A DNA stretch of 64,000 nucleotides from an uncultured Muribaculaceae bacterium (GTDB lineage Bacteria > Bacteroidota > Bacteroidia > Bacteroidales > Muribaculaceae). This document shows, piece after piece, positions 54,407 to 64,000 of the stretch. The translations under genes and the position numbers were made by a program. The stretch spans positions 14,315-78,314 of the forward strand of contig CAJTXU010000007.1 of the NCBI GenBank assembly GCA_910584125.1, in the 5' to 3' direction. The notes beneath the pieces were generated by a model, which ran no database searches, was not told the DNA's origin, and saw only the letters and a program-made list of their open reading frames with translations. How positions within the stretch are numbered: position 1 is the stretch's first letter; every line of letters starts with the position of its first letter.

Positions 54407-54943
54407 TCAGATCAGGCTGCCGCCTTTCTCGATGGCCTTCTCGTTGAGGGGAATCAGCTTGTGGTGACGCTCGGGCAGAGACTTCTTCAGACCCTTGACC
54501 ACGTTCTCCATCGGGAGCTTGTAGTCCATGGCCTTGAGCAGAGCGCCCATCACAACCATGTTGTAAGCCTTCGAGTTGCCGATCTCGAGGGTAGCCTCCA
54601 TCGCGTCGATGGGGTAGATCTTGATGTCGTCGCGTGTCGGGCGGTTGTGGATGCCGTTGGTGTCGTAGATCAGCGTGCCGCCGGGTTTCACCTTGGGAGC
54701 GAACTTGTCGAGACTCTGCTGGTTGAGGGCCACCACGATGTCATACTTGTCGAGCACGGGCGAGGATATCTTCGCGTCGGAGAGGATCACCGTGACATTG
54801 GCCGTACCGCCGCGCTGTTCGGGGCCGTAGGAGGGCATCCAGGTCACTTCCTTGTCGTCCATAAGACCCGAATAGGCCAGAATCTTGCCCATAGAGAGGA
54901 CACCCTGTCCTCCGAAACCTGCTATGATGATTTCTTCTTTCAT
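54407..54943 (-). CDS. 2-oxoacid:ferredoxin oxidoreductase gamma subunit
   Basis: IAGFGGQGV and WMPSYGPEQRGGTA; start MKEEII. Confidence 0.92.
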   Translation of the reverse strand: MKEEIIIAGFGGQGVLSMGKILAYSGLMDDKEVTWMPSYGPEQRGGTANVTVILSDAKISSPVLDKYDIVVALNQQSLDKFAPKVKPGGTLIYDTNGIHNRPTRDDIKIYPIDAMEATLEIGNSKAYNMVVMGALLKAMDYKLPMENVVKGLKKSLPERHHKLIPLNEKAIEKGGSLI

Positions 54944-54947
54944 GATG

Positions 54948-55709
54948 TTATTGGTTTTTAAGGTCACCGAGAGGATACTTCTCGAACATGTGTTCCTCCA
55001 TCCACTTGTTGGCCTGGTCGGGGGTGAGTTTCCAGCCCGAGTTGCAGGTGGCGACCACCTCGACAACCGAGCAACCCTTCTTGGCGATGGCGTTCTCGAA
55101 CGCCTTCTTGAGAGCGGCCTTTGTCTTGCGCACGGCGGCGGGGGTGTGGACGGCCTGGCGGGTCACATAGCATGTGCCGTCGAGGATTGCCATGAGGTTG
55201 GTGATCTCGAGCGGGTGTCCGTTGAGGTCCACGCGGCGTCCGTAGGGTGTGGTGGCCGTCTTCTGGCCCACGAGGGTGGTGGGGGCCATCTGTCCGCCGG
55301 TCATGCCGTATATGGCGTTGTTGACGAATATCATGACGATGTTCTCACCGCGGTTGGCGGCGTGGATCGACTCGGCCGTACCGATCGCCGACATGTCGCC
55401 GTCGCCCTGATAGGTGAAGAGCACGTTCTCGGGCCAGAGGCGCGAGGCGGCCGTGGCGACTGCCGGTGCGCGGCCGTGGGCGGCCTCGATCCAGTCGACG
55501 TCGATATAGTTGTATGCGAACACGGCGCAGCCCACGGGCGAGACGCCGATTGTGCGTTCGGTGATGCCCATTTCGGCGATGACCTCGGCGACGAGCTTGT
55601 GAATCACGCCGTGAGAGCATCCGGGGCAGTAATGCATGTGGACCTCTTCCAGGAGTTCGGGTTTGCAGTAAACCTTATTTTCCTCTCTGATTATTTCTTC
55701 TAAATTCAT
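54948..55709 (-). CDS. 2-oxoacid:ferredoxin oxidoreductase beta (TPP-binding) subunit
   Basis: YCPGCSH, PVGC, HGRA, QGDGD...NN and YGMTGGQ. Confidence 0.94.
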   Translation of the reverse strand: MNLEEIIREENKVYCKPELLEEVHMHYCPGCSHGVIHKLVAEVIAEMGITERTIGVSPVGCAVFAYNYIDVDWIEAAHGRAPAVATAASRLWPENVLFTYQGDGDMSAIGTAESIHAANRGENIVMIFVNNAIYGMTGGQMAPTTLVGQKTATTPYGRRVDLNGHPLEITNLMAILDGTCYVTRQAVHTPAAVRKTKAALKKAFENAIAKKGCSVVEVVATCNSGWKLTPDQANKWMEEHMFEKYPLGDLKNQ

Positions 55710-55729
55710 AGCGTATGATGGAAGCGTGA

Positions 55730-56815
55730 TTATTTGTTGATGATTTTCTCTTTAAGGGCGTTCACTACCTCCTCGGGGCTGGGGATGATGCCGCCGAGAC
55801 GTCCGAAGTGCTCCACGGGGAGAGCGTCGTGGACTGCGAGGCGCACGTCCTCGATCATCTGGCCGGCGTTGAGCTCGACCACGAGGACACCCTTCTTGCC
55901 CTCGGCTGCCTTGCGGACGGCCTCTGTCGGGAAGGGCCACAGCGTGATGGGGCGGATGATTCCGACCTTGATGCCCTCTTCCTCGGCGAGTTCGCGGGCC
56001 TTGTCGGAGATACGGGCGATCGTGCCGAAGGCCACGATGAGATAGTCGGCGTCCTCGACGTTGATTTCCTCCCAGCGGGTCTCGTTCTTCTCGATCTCGC
56101 GATAGCGCTCCTGGAGCTTCTCGTTGATGACCTCCATGCGGGCGGACTCGAGTTCGAGCGAGGTGATGACGTTGCGCTTGCGCAGACCCTTGCGGCCGTC
56201 GGCGGCCCAGGGGCACTGCTCGCGGATCTGCTCCTCCGTGCGGCGCGGACGCTGCTCGGGCAGCTGGACCTTCTCCATCATCTGGCCCACGATGCCGTCG
56301 GCCAGGATCATGCAGGGATTGGTGTATTTGAAGGCGAGGTCGAAGCCGAGGCCGACGAAGTCAACCATCTCCTGCACCGTCGAGGGGGCGAGCACGATCA
56401 GATGGTAGTCGCCGTGGCCGCCGCCCTTGGTGGCCTGGAAATAGTCGGCCTGCGAGGGCTGGATCGTACCCAGACCGGGACCGCCGCGCATAACGTTGAG
56501 GATCAGGGCCGGCAGCGAGGCGGCCGCTATATATGAGATTCCCTCCTGCTTGAGGCTGATGCCCGGCGACGACGACGACGTCATGACGGCCTTGCCCGTG
56601 GCGGCGCCGCCATAGACCATGTTGATGGCCGCAAGCTCTGATTCCGCCTGCAGAACGACCATACCGGTCGTCTCCCAGGGCATGAGCTCCTCGAGCGTCT
56701 CGAGCACCTCCGACTGCGGAGTGATGGGATATCCGAAGTAACCGTCGCAACCGTAGCGGATGGCAGCGTGCGCGATGGCCTCGTTTCCCTTCATTAGTCT
56801 TATCTCTTCTTTCAT
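55730..56815 (-). CDS. vorB: 2-oxoacid:ferredoxin oxidoreductase alpha subunit (VorB-type)
   Basis: MKGNEAIA, GYPITPQSE, QAESE, TSSSSPG and RGGPGLG. Confidence 0.9.
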   Translation of the reverse strand: MKEEIRLMKGNEAIAHAAIRYGCDGYFGYPITPQSEVLETLEELMPWETTGMVVLQAESELAAINMVYGGAATGKAVMTSSSSPGISLKQEGISYIAAASLPALILNVMRGGPGLGTIQPSQADYFQATKGGGHGDYHLIVLAPSTVQEMVDFVGLGFDLAFKYTNPCMILADGIVGQMMEKVQLPEQRPRRTEEQIREQCPWAADGRKGLRKRNVITSLELESARMEVINEKLQERYREIEKNETRWEEINVEDADYLIVAFGTIARISDKARELAEEEGIKVGIIRPITLWPFPTEAVRKAAEGKKGVLVVELNAGQMIEDVRLAVHDALPVEHFGRLGGIIPSPEEVVNALKEKIINK

Positions 56816-56866
56816 AAGGTTGGTGTTTTCTTGAACTGATTAGACTGGTTAGAGAATGTTTTGTTT

Positions 56867-57097
56867 TTACTTTTCGACCTTGCGGTAGACCTCGATGCAC
56901 GCATCGGGACATACCAGGGCGCACGAACTGCAGCCGATGCAGTTTTCAGGATTGGCCATGTAGGCGTAGTGATAGCCACGGTCGTTGACCTCGTTGGGTT
57001 GCAGCGACAATGTGTCGGTCGGACATGCCACAACACAGAGATTGCACCCCTTGCATCTCTCGATGTTGACAACGATTGCTCCTCTTACTTTTGCCAT
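56867..57097 (-). CDS. 2[4Fe-4S] ferredoxin-like delta subunit
   Basis: CKGCNLCVVACP and CIGCSSCALVCP; promoter TATTTTTG at 57185-57178. Confidence 0.93.
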   Translation of the reverse strand: MAKVRGAIVVNIERCKGCNLCVVACPTDTLSLQPNEVNDRGYHYAYMANPENCIGCSSCALVCPDACIEVYRKVEK

Positions 57098-57237
57098 TAT
57101 TGTGTTTTTTTGGTTATTAAAATATTACTCTCGTCGCTGACTTTAAGCCTGATGAGAGAGGTTAGAGTCTTCGAATACAAAAATAGACAATTTTTTCTGA
57201 ACTATGCAAGAAAAAAGCATGTTTTTCAGCAGAAATT

Positions 57238-58242
57238 TCAACTTGCCCCGTTCGCGGGGCCGTATATCAGCCCGGAGAGGGCCTTGACGGCGCCGAATCC
57301 GGCGTATGAGGCCAGCGCGCCGAGCCTGTCCTTGCGCCGGGCCACCCGGTCGGTCAGCACGCGATATCGCTCCGTCAGTATCACTCGGCGGCATCTATCC
57401 TCGGCAGGGGCGTCGGCGACACCGTTGGCGTAGAGCAGCCCGAGGATGTTGAAATGGGCCGCGAAACGACGCGTGCGCGCCGCCCGGACCATATCGGCGT
57501 CGTCGCCCACTGAGCCGACGAGACGGTCGGTGACGTCGAGCACGTCGAGACGCGAGGGCGTGAACCGGTGCAGGAAACTCCCCCCGTGCTGGCGGTAGCC
57601 CAGCAAACCGACATCGAGAAACGCCATGCCCTCACTCCGCGACCACACGCGGCTGAAGACGTCCAGATCCTCATACCACGTCCCTTTGGTGAACCTCAGG
57701 CCCTCCCAGAGCTCGCGGCCGTAGAGCTTGCCCCAGGCCGAATGGTCGGGGACGAGGCGCGTGCCCGGCAGGGGCGTCTGGTACAGGGCGTGGATGACGG
57801 CCTCGCGCGACGCGACGCGATGGCACACGGCGTTCCCGGCCCCGCGCGCGGCGAGACCGGCGGGCACGCTGCCATCGAAACGCTCGTGGCCCGCGCAGAC
57901 AAGACGGCTGCCCGTCTCGCGGGTCGCCGCCAGAGTGGCGGCGAGAAAATGGCTCGACAGCACGTCGTCGGAGTCGAGGAAGACGATGTAGTCGCCGCGC
58001 GCACGGTCAAGGCCGTGGTTGCGGGCGTCCGACAGTCCGCCGTTCGTCTTGTGGAAGGCCCGGATCCGCGGGTCGCGCCCGGCCAGGTCGTCGCACTCGC
58101 GCCCGGTGCCGTCGGTCGACCCGTCGTCCACAAGCAGCAACTCCCAGTCGCCGAGCGACTGGGAGATGACACTGTCGACGGCCTCGCCGAGATACTTCTC
58201 GGCGTTATAGGCCGGCATTATGATCGAAACCGTCGGAGCCAT
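57238..58242 (-). CDS. Glycosyltransferase family 2
   Basis: SIIMPAYN, VDDGSTD, NGGLSDARN, FLDSDD, AWGKLY and YED. Confidence 0.92.
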   Translation of the reverse strand: MAPTVSIIMPAYNAEKYLGEAVDSVISQSLGDWELLLVDDGSTDGTGRECDDLAGRDPRIRAFHKTNGGLSDARNHGLDRARGDYIVFLDSDDVLSSHFLAATLAATRETGSRLVCAGHERFDGSVPAGLAARGAGNAVCHRVASREAVIHALYQTPLPGTRLVPDHSAWGKLYGRELWEGLRFTKGTWYEDLDVFSRVWSRSEGMAFLDVGLLGYRQHGGSFLHRFTPSRLDVLDVTDRLVGSVGDDADMVRAARTRRFAAHFNILGLLYANGVADAPAEDRCRRVILTERYRVLTDRVARRKDRLGALASYAGFGAVKALSGLIYGPANGAS

Positions 58243-58260
58243 AGGTCGGGGCCGTCGGTA

Positions 58261-58818
58261 TCAGACGGTGAGGATTTCCTTTTCCTTATCGGCGAAGATC
58301 TCGTCGATTTTCTTCATGTATTTATCGTGGAGCTTCTGCACCCGGGCCTCGGCGTCCTTCTCGTTGTCCTCGCTCAGGCCGTTCTTGATCTCTTTCTTAA
58401 GTCCCTCGATGGCCTCGCGGCGCGCGTTGCGCACCGAAACCTTGGCGTTCTCGGCCTCGGCCTTGCTCTGCTTGACGAGCTGCTTGCGGCGGTCTTCGGT
58501 CAGCGGCGGGATGCAGAGGCGGATCACCTCGCCGTTGTTCTCGGGCGTGATGCCGAGCTCGGAGTTGATAATTGCCTTCTCGATTTCCTTGAACATCGAC
58601 TTCTCCCAGGGCGTGATGGCGATGGTGCGCGCATCGGGCACGGAGACGTTGGCGACGTTCGAGATCGGGGCCTGCGAGCCGTAATAGTCGACGCGGATGC
58701 CGTCGAGCAGACGGGCCGACGCCTTGCCGGCGCGGATGTGCGACAGTGTGTCGTCGAGATATTCCACGGCGAGCTGCATGGAGTCTTCAGCGTTCTGGAG
58801 ATATTCTTTTACTTCCAT
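58261..58818 (-). CDS. frr: Ribosome recycling factor
   Basis: [22 protein letters not shown] and VRNARR; start MEVKEY. Confidence 0.97.
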   Translation of the reverse strand: MEVKEYLQNAEDSMQLAVEYLDDTLSHIRAGKASARLLDGIRVDYYGSQAPISNVANVSVPDARTIAITPWEKSMFKEIEKAIINSELGITPENNGEVIRLCIPPLTEDRRKQLVKQSKAEAENAKVSVRNARREAIEGLKKEIKNGLSEDNEKDAEARVQKLHDKYMKKIDEIFADKEKEILTV

Positions 58819-58864
58819 ATCATTGTGTATTTGATGATTTCGGTTGCTATGGCCGTCGTGCGGC

Positions 58865-59575
58865 TCAGCGGGCGGTGACAAGCGTGCCTACGGGCTCGCC
58901 GGCGAGGGCCTTGCCCAAGTTGCCGGGGATGTCCATGTTGAAGACGTAGATCGGCATGTCGTTCTCCTTGCAGAGGGCCGTGGCGGTGAGGTCCATCACC
59001 TTGAGGCCTCGGGCCAGCACCTCGTCATAGCTGATCTGGTCGAAGCGCGTCGCCGTCGGGTCTTTCTCCGGGTCGGCGGTGTAGACTCCGTCGACGCGCG
59101 TGCCCTTTAGCATCACCTCGGCCTCGATCTCGATGGCGCGCAGCGCCGAACCGGTGTCGGTGGTGAAGTAGGGGTTGCCTGTGCCGCACGAGATGATGGC
59201 CACCGTGCCGCTCTCAAGGGCCTCGATGGCCTTCCATTTCGAATAGTGCTCGCCGATGGGGAACATGCCGATGGCCGTCAGCACCCGGGCCGGCTGGCCG
59301 ATGGCCTCGAGCGCCGAACTGAGCGCAAGCGAGTTGATTACGGTGGCGAGCATTCCCATCTGGTCGCCCTTGACGCGGTCGAACCCGGCCGACGCACCCG
59401 AGAGGCCGCGGAAGATGTTGCCGCCCCCGATGACTATGCCGATCTCGACGCCGGCGTCTACCATCTCCTTGATCTGGGCGGCATAGAGGTTGAGGCGGTC
59501 GGTGTCGATGCCGTGCCCCTGGCCGCCCGCCAGAGACTCGCCCGAAAGTTTAAGCAGTATTCTCTTGAATTTCAT
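58865..59575 (-). CDS. pyrH: Uridylate kinase
   Basis: [33 protein letters not shown] and VMDLTA; promoter TAACTTTG at 59601-59594. Confidence 0.97.
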   Translation of the reverse strand: MKFKRILLKLSGESLAGGQGHGIDTDRLNLYAAQIKEMVDAGVEIGIVIGGGNIFRGLSGASAGFDRVKGDQMGMLATVINSLALSSALEAIGQPARVLTAIGMFPIGEHYSKWKAIEALESGTVAIISCGTGNPYFTTDTGSALRAIEIEAEVMLKGTRVDGVYTADPEKDPTATRFDQISYDEVLARGLKVMDLTATALCKENDMPIYVFNMDIPGNLGKALAGEPVGTLVTAR

Positions 59576-59658
59576 TTCTGGCTTTGTTTTCACCAAAGTT
59601 ATGATATTTTTTTGAAATATGGAAATTTTTCGGGCGGAAATTTGCGACAGGGCGTCTT

Positions 59659-60366
59659 TCAGCGTTTTTCGTAGAGCATCCGGGCGAGTGTCTTCATGCC
59701 GTCGGTGGCCTTTTCCTTGATGACATGCACGCCGGGGATGCCGGCTGTCGACGCCGGATTCGGGTCGATGTAGTAGATGGGCGTGCCGGGACGCACGTAC
59801 TGGATGAGGCCAGCCGCGGGATAGACCACGAGTGATGTGCCTATCACGACGAATATGTCGGCGCGGCGCACGAGGTCGACGGCCTTCTCGATGTTGGGCA
59901 CGGGCTCCTGGAAGAACACGATGTGCGGGCGCATCAGGTCGCCGTTGCGGCCCCGGGTGGCGGGGGTCGTCTCGAGATGGTCGATGTCGAGGCTCTCTAT
60001 ATAATCGGGATCGGACACCGAGCGTATCTTCATCAGCTCGCCGTGGAGGTGGAGCACATGGCTCGACCCGGCGCGCTCGTGGAGGTCGTCGACGTTCTGG
60101 GTGATGACATAGACATCATAGTCTTTCTCGAGCTCGACGAGGGCCTTGTGGGCGCCGTTGGGCACGGCCTTGAGCAGGTCGCGGCGACGCTGGTTGTAGA
60201 ATTTATGCACGAGCTCGGGGTCGCGGCGGAAACCGTCGGCCGAGGCCACCTGCATCACGGGGTAGTTCTCCCACAGGCCGTCGGCGTCGCGGAAGGTCTT
60301 TATGCCTGACTCGGCGCTGATGCCCGCGCCGGTCGAGACCACAAGTACTGGCTTTTTCATTTCCAT
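59659..60366 (-). CDS. cobB: NAD-dependent protein deacylase (sirtuin)
   Basis: TGAGISAESG..TFR, TQNVDDLHERAG, HLHG, RPHIVFF and GTSL.VYPAA. Confidence 0.93.
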   Translation of the reverse strand: MEMKKPVLVVSTGAGISAESGIKTFRDADGLWENYPVMQVASADGFRRDPELVHKFYNQRRRDLLKAVPNGAHKALVELEKDYDVYVITQNVDDLHERAGSSHVLHLHGELMKIRSVSDPDYIESLDIDHLETTPATRGRNGDLMRPHIVFFQEPVPNIEKAVDLVRRADIFVVIGTSLVVYPAAGLIQYVRPGTPIYYIDPNPASTAGIPGVHVIKEKATDGMKTLARMLYEKR

Positions 60367-60381
60367 GGATTTTGTCGGATT

Positions 60382-60585
60382 TCAGTCGTGGTGTTCCTTG
60401 AGGAGTTCGAGGGCGCGGGGAGCATCCCGCTCGTAGACGAGCAGATTGACACCGCCGAACACCGGCACATAGAGATTGTTCTGGTCGCTGATCATCGACG
60501 GGATGCCGTTTGACTCGAGCATCCCCTGCACGATCGACGCCTCCTGCATGTTGGAGAAGGTCGCCACTGTTACGGTTGCTGACAT
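60382..60585 (-). CDS. Small DUF2007-like protein
   Basis: ATFSNMQEASIVQGMLESNGIP...GGVNLLVYERDAPRALELL. Confidence 0.75.
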   Translation of the reverse strand: MSATVTVATFSNMQEASIVQGMLESNGIPSMISDQNNLYVPVFGGVNLLVYERDAPRALELLKEHHD

Positions 60586-60672
60586 AAGCGTGCGGTTTAA
60601 GGGTGAGACAGAGCGCATGAAGCCCTCTTCTTAATTAACACCAACGAAATTGAATTTAGTTCATATGGATGT

Positions 60673-60710
60673 AAAAAAAAGCTCCGCGGAGTTGAGCCGC
60701 GGAGCCTTTT
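60673..60710. terminator. Intrinsic terminator after gap
   Basis: A8-GCTCCGCGG-N7-CCGCGGAGC-CTTTT. Confidence 0.85.
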
Positions 60711-60732
60711 CCTGTGTATTGACCGATTATGA

Positions 60733-61773
<1,041 letters not shown>

Positions 61774-61935
61774 TTATACTCGGTAATTGTTCTATCTTTC
61801 GAATTTCATTAGGTTTGAATAAGCCTCTAAGACCCGACTCCAATCTGCCTAACAAGGTTTGATCGGGTTTAGGTTGCAAAATTAAGAAAAAATTCGCATA
61901 TTTGCACTCCGATTAACAAAATTTAGACAAAAAGT

Positions 61936-62361
61936 ATGGGAAAATTTATCGAAGACTTCAAAGCTTTCGCCCTTAAAGGCAATGTAGTCGACATGGCCAT
62001 CGGTGTGATCATCGGCGGCGCGTTCGGCAAGATAGTCACCTCTCTGGTCAACGACATCATCATGCCGCTGGTGAGCGTGATCACCGGAGGCGACGGCTAC
62101 AAGAACCTGAAATGGGTCATAACCCAGGGCAAGGAGGCCACAGAGACGACGGCGGCCGTAGAGGAGGTGGCCGTCAACTACGGTCTCTTCATCCAGAACA
62201 TCGTCGACTTCTTCATCATCGCTCTCTGCATCTTCATCGCCCTGCGCTACACAATGAAGTTCATGAAAAAGGAAGCCAAGGAGGAGGCCGCCGCGCCCGC
62301 CGAGCCCAGCCCCGAGGTGAAGCTCCTCACCGAGATCCGCGACGAACTCAAAAAGAAGTAA
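61936..62361 (+). CDS. mscL: Large-conductance mechanosensitive channel
   Basis: FKAFALKGNVVDMAIGVIIGGAFGKIVTSLV and LLTEIRDEL. Confidence 0.97.
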   Translation: MGKFIEDFKAFALKGNVVDMAIGVIIGGAFGKIVTSLVNDIIMPLVSVITGGDGYKNLKWVITQGKEATETTAAVEEVAVNYGLFIQNIVDFFIIALCIFIALRYTMKFMKKEAKEEAAAPAEPSPEVKLLTEIRDELKKK

Positions 62362-62498
62362 AATAAGTAAGAAGTAAGAAGTAAAAAGTAATACGTTAGG
62401 ATATAACGAGTTGAAAGAAAAAAATGAGGCTCCGATGATTGACGCGGAGCCTCGTATTACTTTTTACTTCTTACTTCTAACTTATTACTTCTTACTTA
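62356..62498. repeat. Inverted AAGTAAN heptamer arrays around a terminator-like hairpin
   Basis: Perfect 26-bp inverted repeat at 62370-62395 and 62453-62478; inner stem GAGGCTCCG/CGGAGCCTC at 62426-62453. Confidence 0.85.
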
Positions 62499-62502
62499 TC
62501 TC

Positions 62503-64000
62503 TTAGATTGGATTTTCCGACTCCATGGCGGTGAGGACGGCGAGGGCCTCGCTGACTGTCGGGACGTCCTGCAGGATCATGGCGTGCGTCACGCGGCCCT
62601 GAACGGTGACGTCCTTGATCTGGCAGCGGCGCGGATTGTCCTGCATGTAGGCAAGCACGCGGCCGAAAGCGTTCGAGTTGTAGTAAGCCCGGTTGTCATC
62701 GCTCACGAAATAGATGCGCATCACTCCCCCCTTGAGCACTATCCGCTCTATGCCGAGCCGACGCGCCGACATGCGCAGGGGCACTATCCGGATGAGCTCC
62801 TCGGTGACGTCGGGAATCGCGCCGAACCGGTCGCGCAGATGCTCGCGGTAATCCTCTATCTGTTCGGGACGCTCCATATTGTCGAGCTCGCGGTATAACG
62901 TGATGCGCTCGTTCTCCTGGGGCACGTACTCGGGCGGCAGACGCAGCTCGAGATCCGACTCTATGTTGACCTCCGACACATATTCGTCGCTCGCCCCCGC
63001 GCTGACGTCGGTGAACGTGTCGGAGAACTCCTCGGTCTTCAGCTCGGTCATCGATTCGCGCAGAATCTGCTGGTACGCCTCGTAGCCGAGGTCGGTGATG
63101 AAGCCCGACTGCTCGGCGCCGAGCAGGTTTCCGGCCCCGCGTATGTCGAGGTCCTGCATGGCGATGTGGATGCCGCTGCCCAGATCGGAGAAGTTCTCGA
63201 TGGCCTGGAGGCGGCGGCGCGCCACCGGAGTCAACGGTTTGCCGGGAGGCACGAGCAGGTAGCAGAACGCCTTTCGGTTGGAGCGCCCCACGCGGCCGCG
63301 CAGCTGATGCAGTTCGCTGAGGCCGAAACGGTCGGCGTTGTTGACGATGATGGTGTTTACGTTGGGCATGTCTATGCCGTTCTCTACAATCGTGGTCGAG
63401 AGCAGCACGTCATAGTCATGGTTGGTGAAGTCGATGATGGCCTTCTCCAGCTGTTCGGGCGGCATCTGGCCGTGGCCGGTGACCACACGCACCCCGGGCA
63501 CGAGGCGGCGCAGCTTGTTCTCAAGCTCGGCGAGGTTCTCGATGCGGTTGGAGACGAAGAAGACCTGTCCGTTGCGCGAGAGCTCGAACTCGACGGCCTC
63601 GCGGATCACGTCATCGTCGAGCGTCGAGACATTGGTCATGATGGGCTGGCGGTTGGCCGGCGGGGTGTTGAGCGAACTCAGGTCGCGCGCCCCCATCAGC
63701 GAGAACTGTAGCGTGCGGGGTATCGGCGTGGCGCTCATGGTGAGCGTGTCGACGTTGACCTTCATCTGCTTGAGCTTCTCCTTGACGGCGACGCCGAATT
63801 TCTGCTCCTCGTCGATGATGAGCAGTCCGAGGTCTTTGAACTTCACCGATTTGCCGATGATCTTGTGCGTGCCTATGAGGATATCGATTTTGCCGGCCTC
63901 GAGGTCGGCGAGAATCTGCTTGATTTCCTTCGGTTTCTTGGCGCGTGAGATGAACTCCACGCGCACGGGGAAGTCGCGGAGGCGCGCCGCGAACGTGTTG
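62503..64000 (-). CDS. mfd: Transcription-repair coupling factor (5' part outside window)
   Basis: IIDEEQKFGV, MSATPIPRTL, QLRGRVGRS, DLDIRGAGNLLGAEQSG and C-terminal TRCF domain. Confidence 0.97.
   Translation of the reverse strand, partial: NTFAARLRDFPVRVEFISRAKKPKEIKQILADLEAGKIDILIGTHKIIGKSVKFKDLGLLIIDEEQKFGVAVKEKLKQMKVNVDTLTMSATPIPRTLQFSLMGARDLSSLNTPPANRQPIMTNVSTLDDDVIREAVEFELSRNGQVFFVSNRIENLAELENKLRRLVPGVRVVTGHGQMPPEQLEKAIIDFTNHDYDVLLSTTIVENGIDMPNVNTIIVNNADRFGLSELHQLRGRVGRSNRKAFCYLLVPPGKPLTPVARRRLQAIENFSDLGSGIHIAMQDLDIRGAGNLLGAEQSGFITDLGYEAYQQILRESMTELKTEEFSDTFTDVSAGASDEYVSEVNIESDLELRLPPEYVPQENERITLYRELDNMERPEQIEDYREHLRDRFGAIPDVTEELIRIVPLRMSARRLGIERIVLKGGVMRIYFVSDDNRAYYNSNAFGRVLAYMQDNPRRCQIKDVTVQGRVTHAMILQDVPTVSEALAVLTAMESENPI

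Noticed and set aside
53927..54961. Two ORFs on opposite strands both starting MTCHFPSFIFDSE
   Set aside because: This is a by-product of the perfect palindrome at 54338-54403. Both ORFs are antisense to real genes.

Overview
GC-rich core chromosome segment of a Bacteroidales bacterium. TAnnTTTG promoters, T9SS-type C-terminal domains and gene order suggest Muribaculaceae, but that assignment is inference. Most of the window is housekeeping: rnhB, a polyprenyl synthase, uvrC, apt, mnmG, ybeY, a dcw cluster from rsmH to ftsZ with no mraZ at its head, an RlmL-like methyltransferase, pdxB, RNase HI, queG, rnpA-yidD-tatD, dapB-lepB, an OmpA-family gene, a four-subunit 2-oxoacid:ferredoxin oxidoreductase, frr-pyrH, a sirtuin, gap, mscL and mfd. 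It also holds envelope glycan genes and an AT-rich type II toxin-antitoxin pair. The best candidate for an undescribed system is the three-gene operon at 2179-6027: a small T9SS-tailed protein sits between two multi-domain exported proteins that lack a secretion tail or lipid anchor but share an N-terminal VxxKDG...FxADxL..(I/L)xF tag resembling its own domain. This suggests a carrier/passenger (piggy-back) display module. Other notable items are a divergent DUF3244-like/T9SS/TPR-TM-HTH module with an inverted-repeat site, a structured ~230-nt element between apt and uvrC, a parS site after mnmG, a perfect loopless 66-bp palindrome, a TA-flanked MITE-like element in the ompA leader, and dispersed 7-mer/9-mer intergenic arrays. 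No rRNA, tRNA, CRISPR array, transposase, integrase or reverse transcriptase was seen. All calls were made by eye without database searches.
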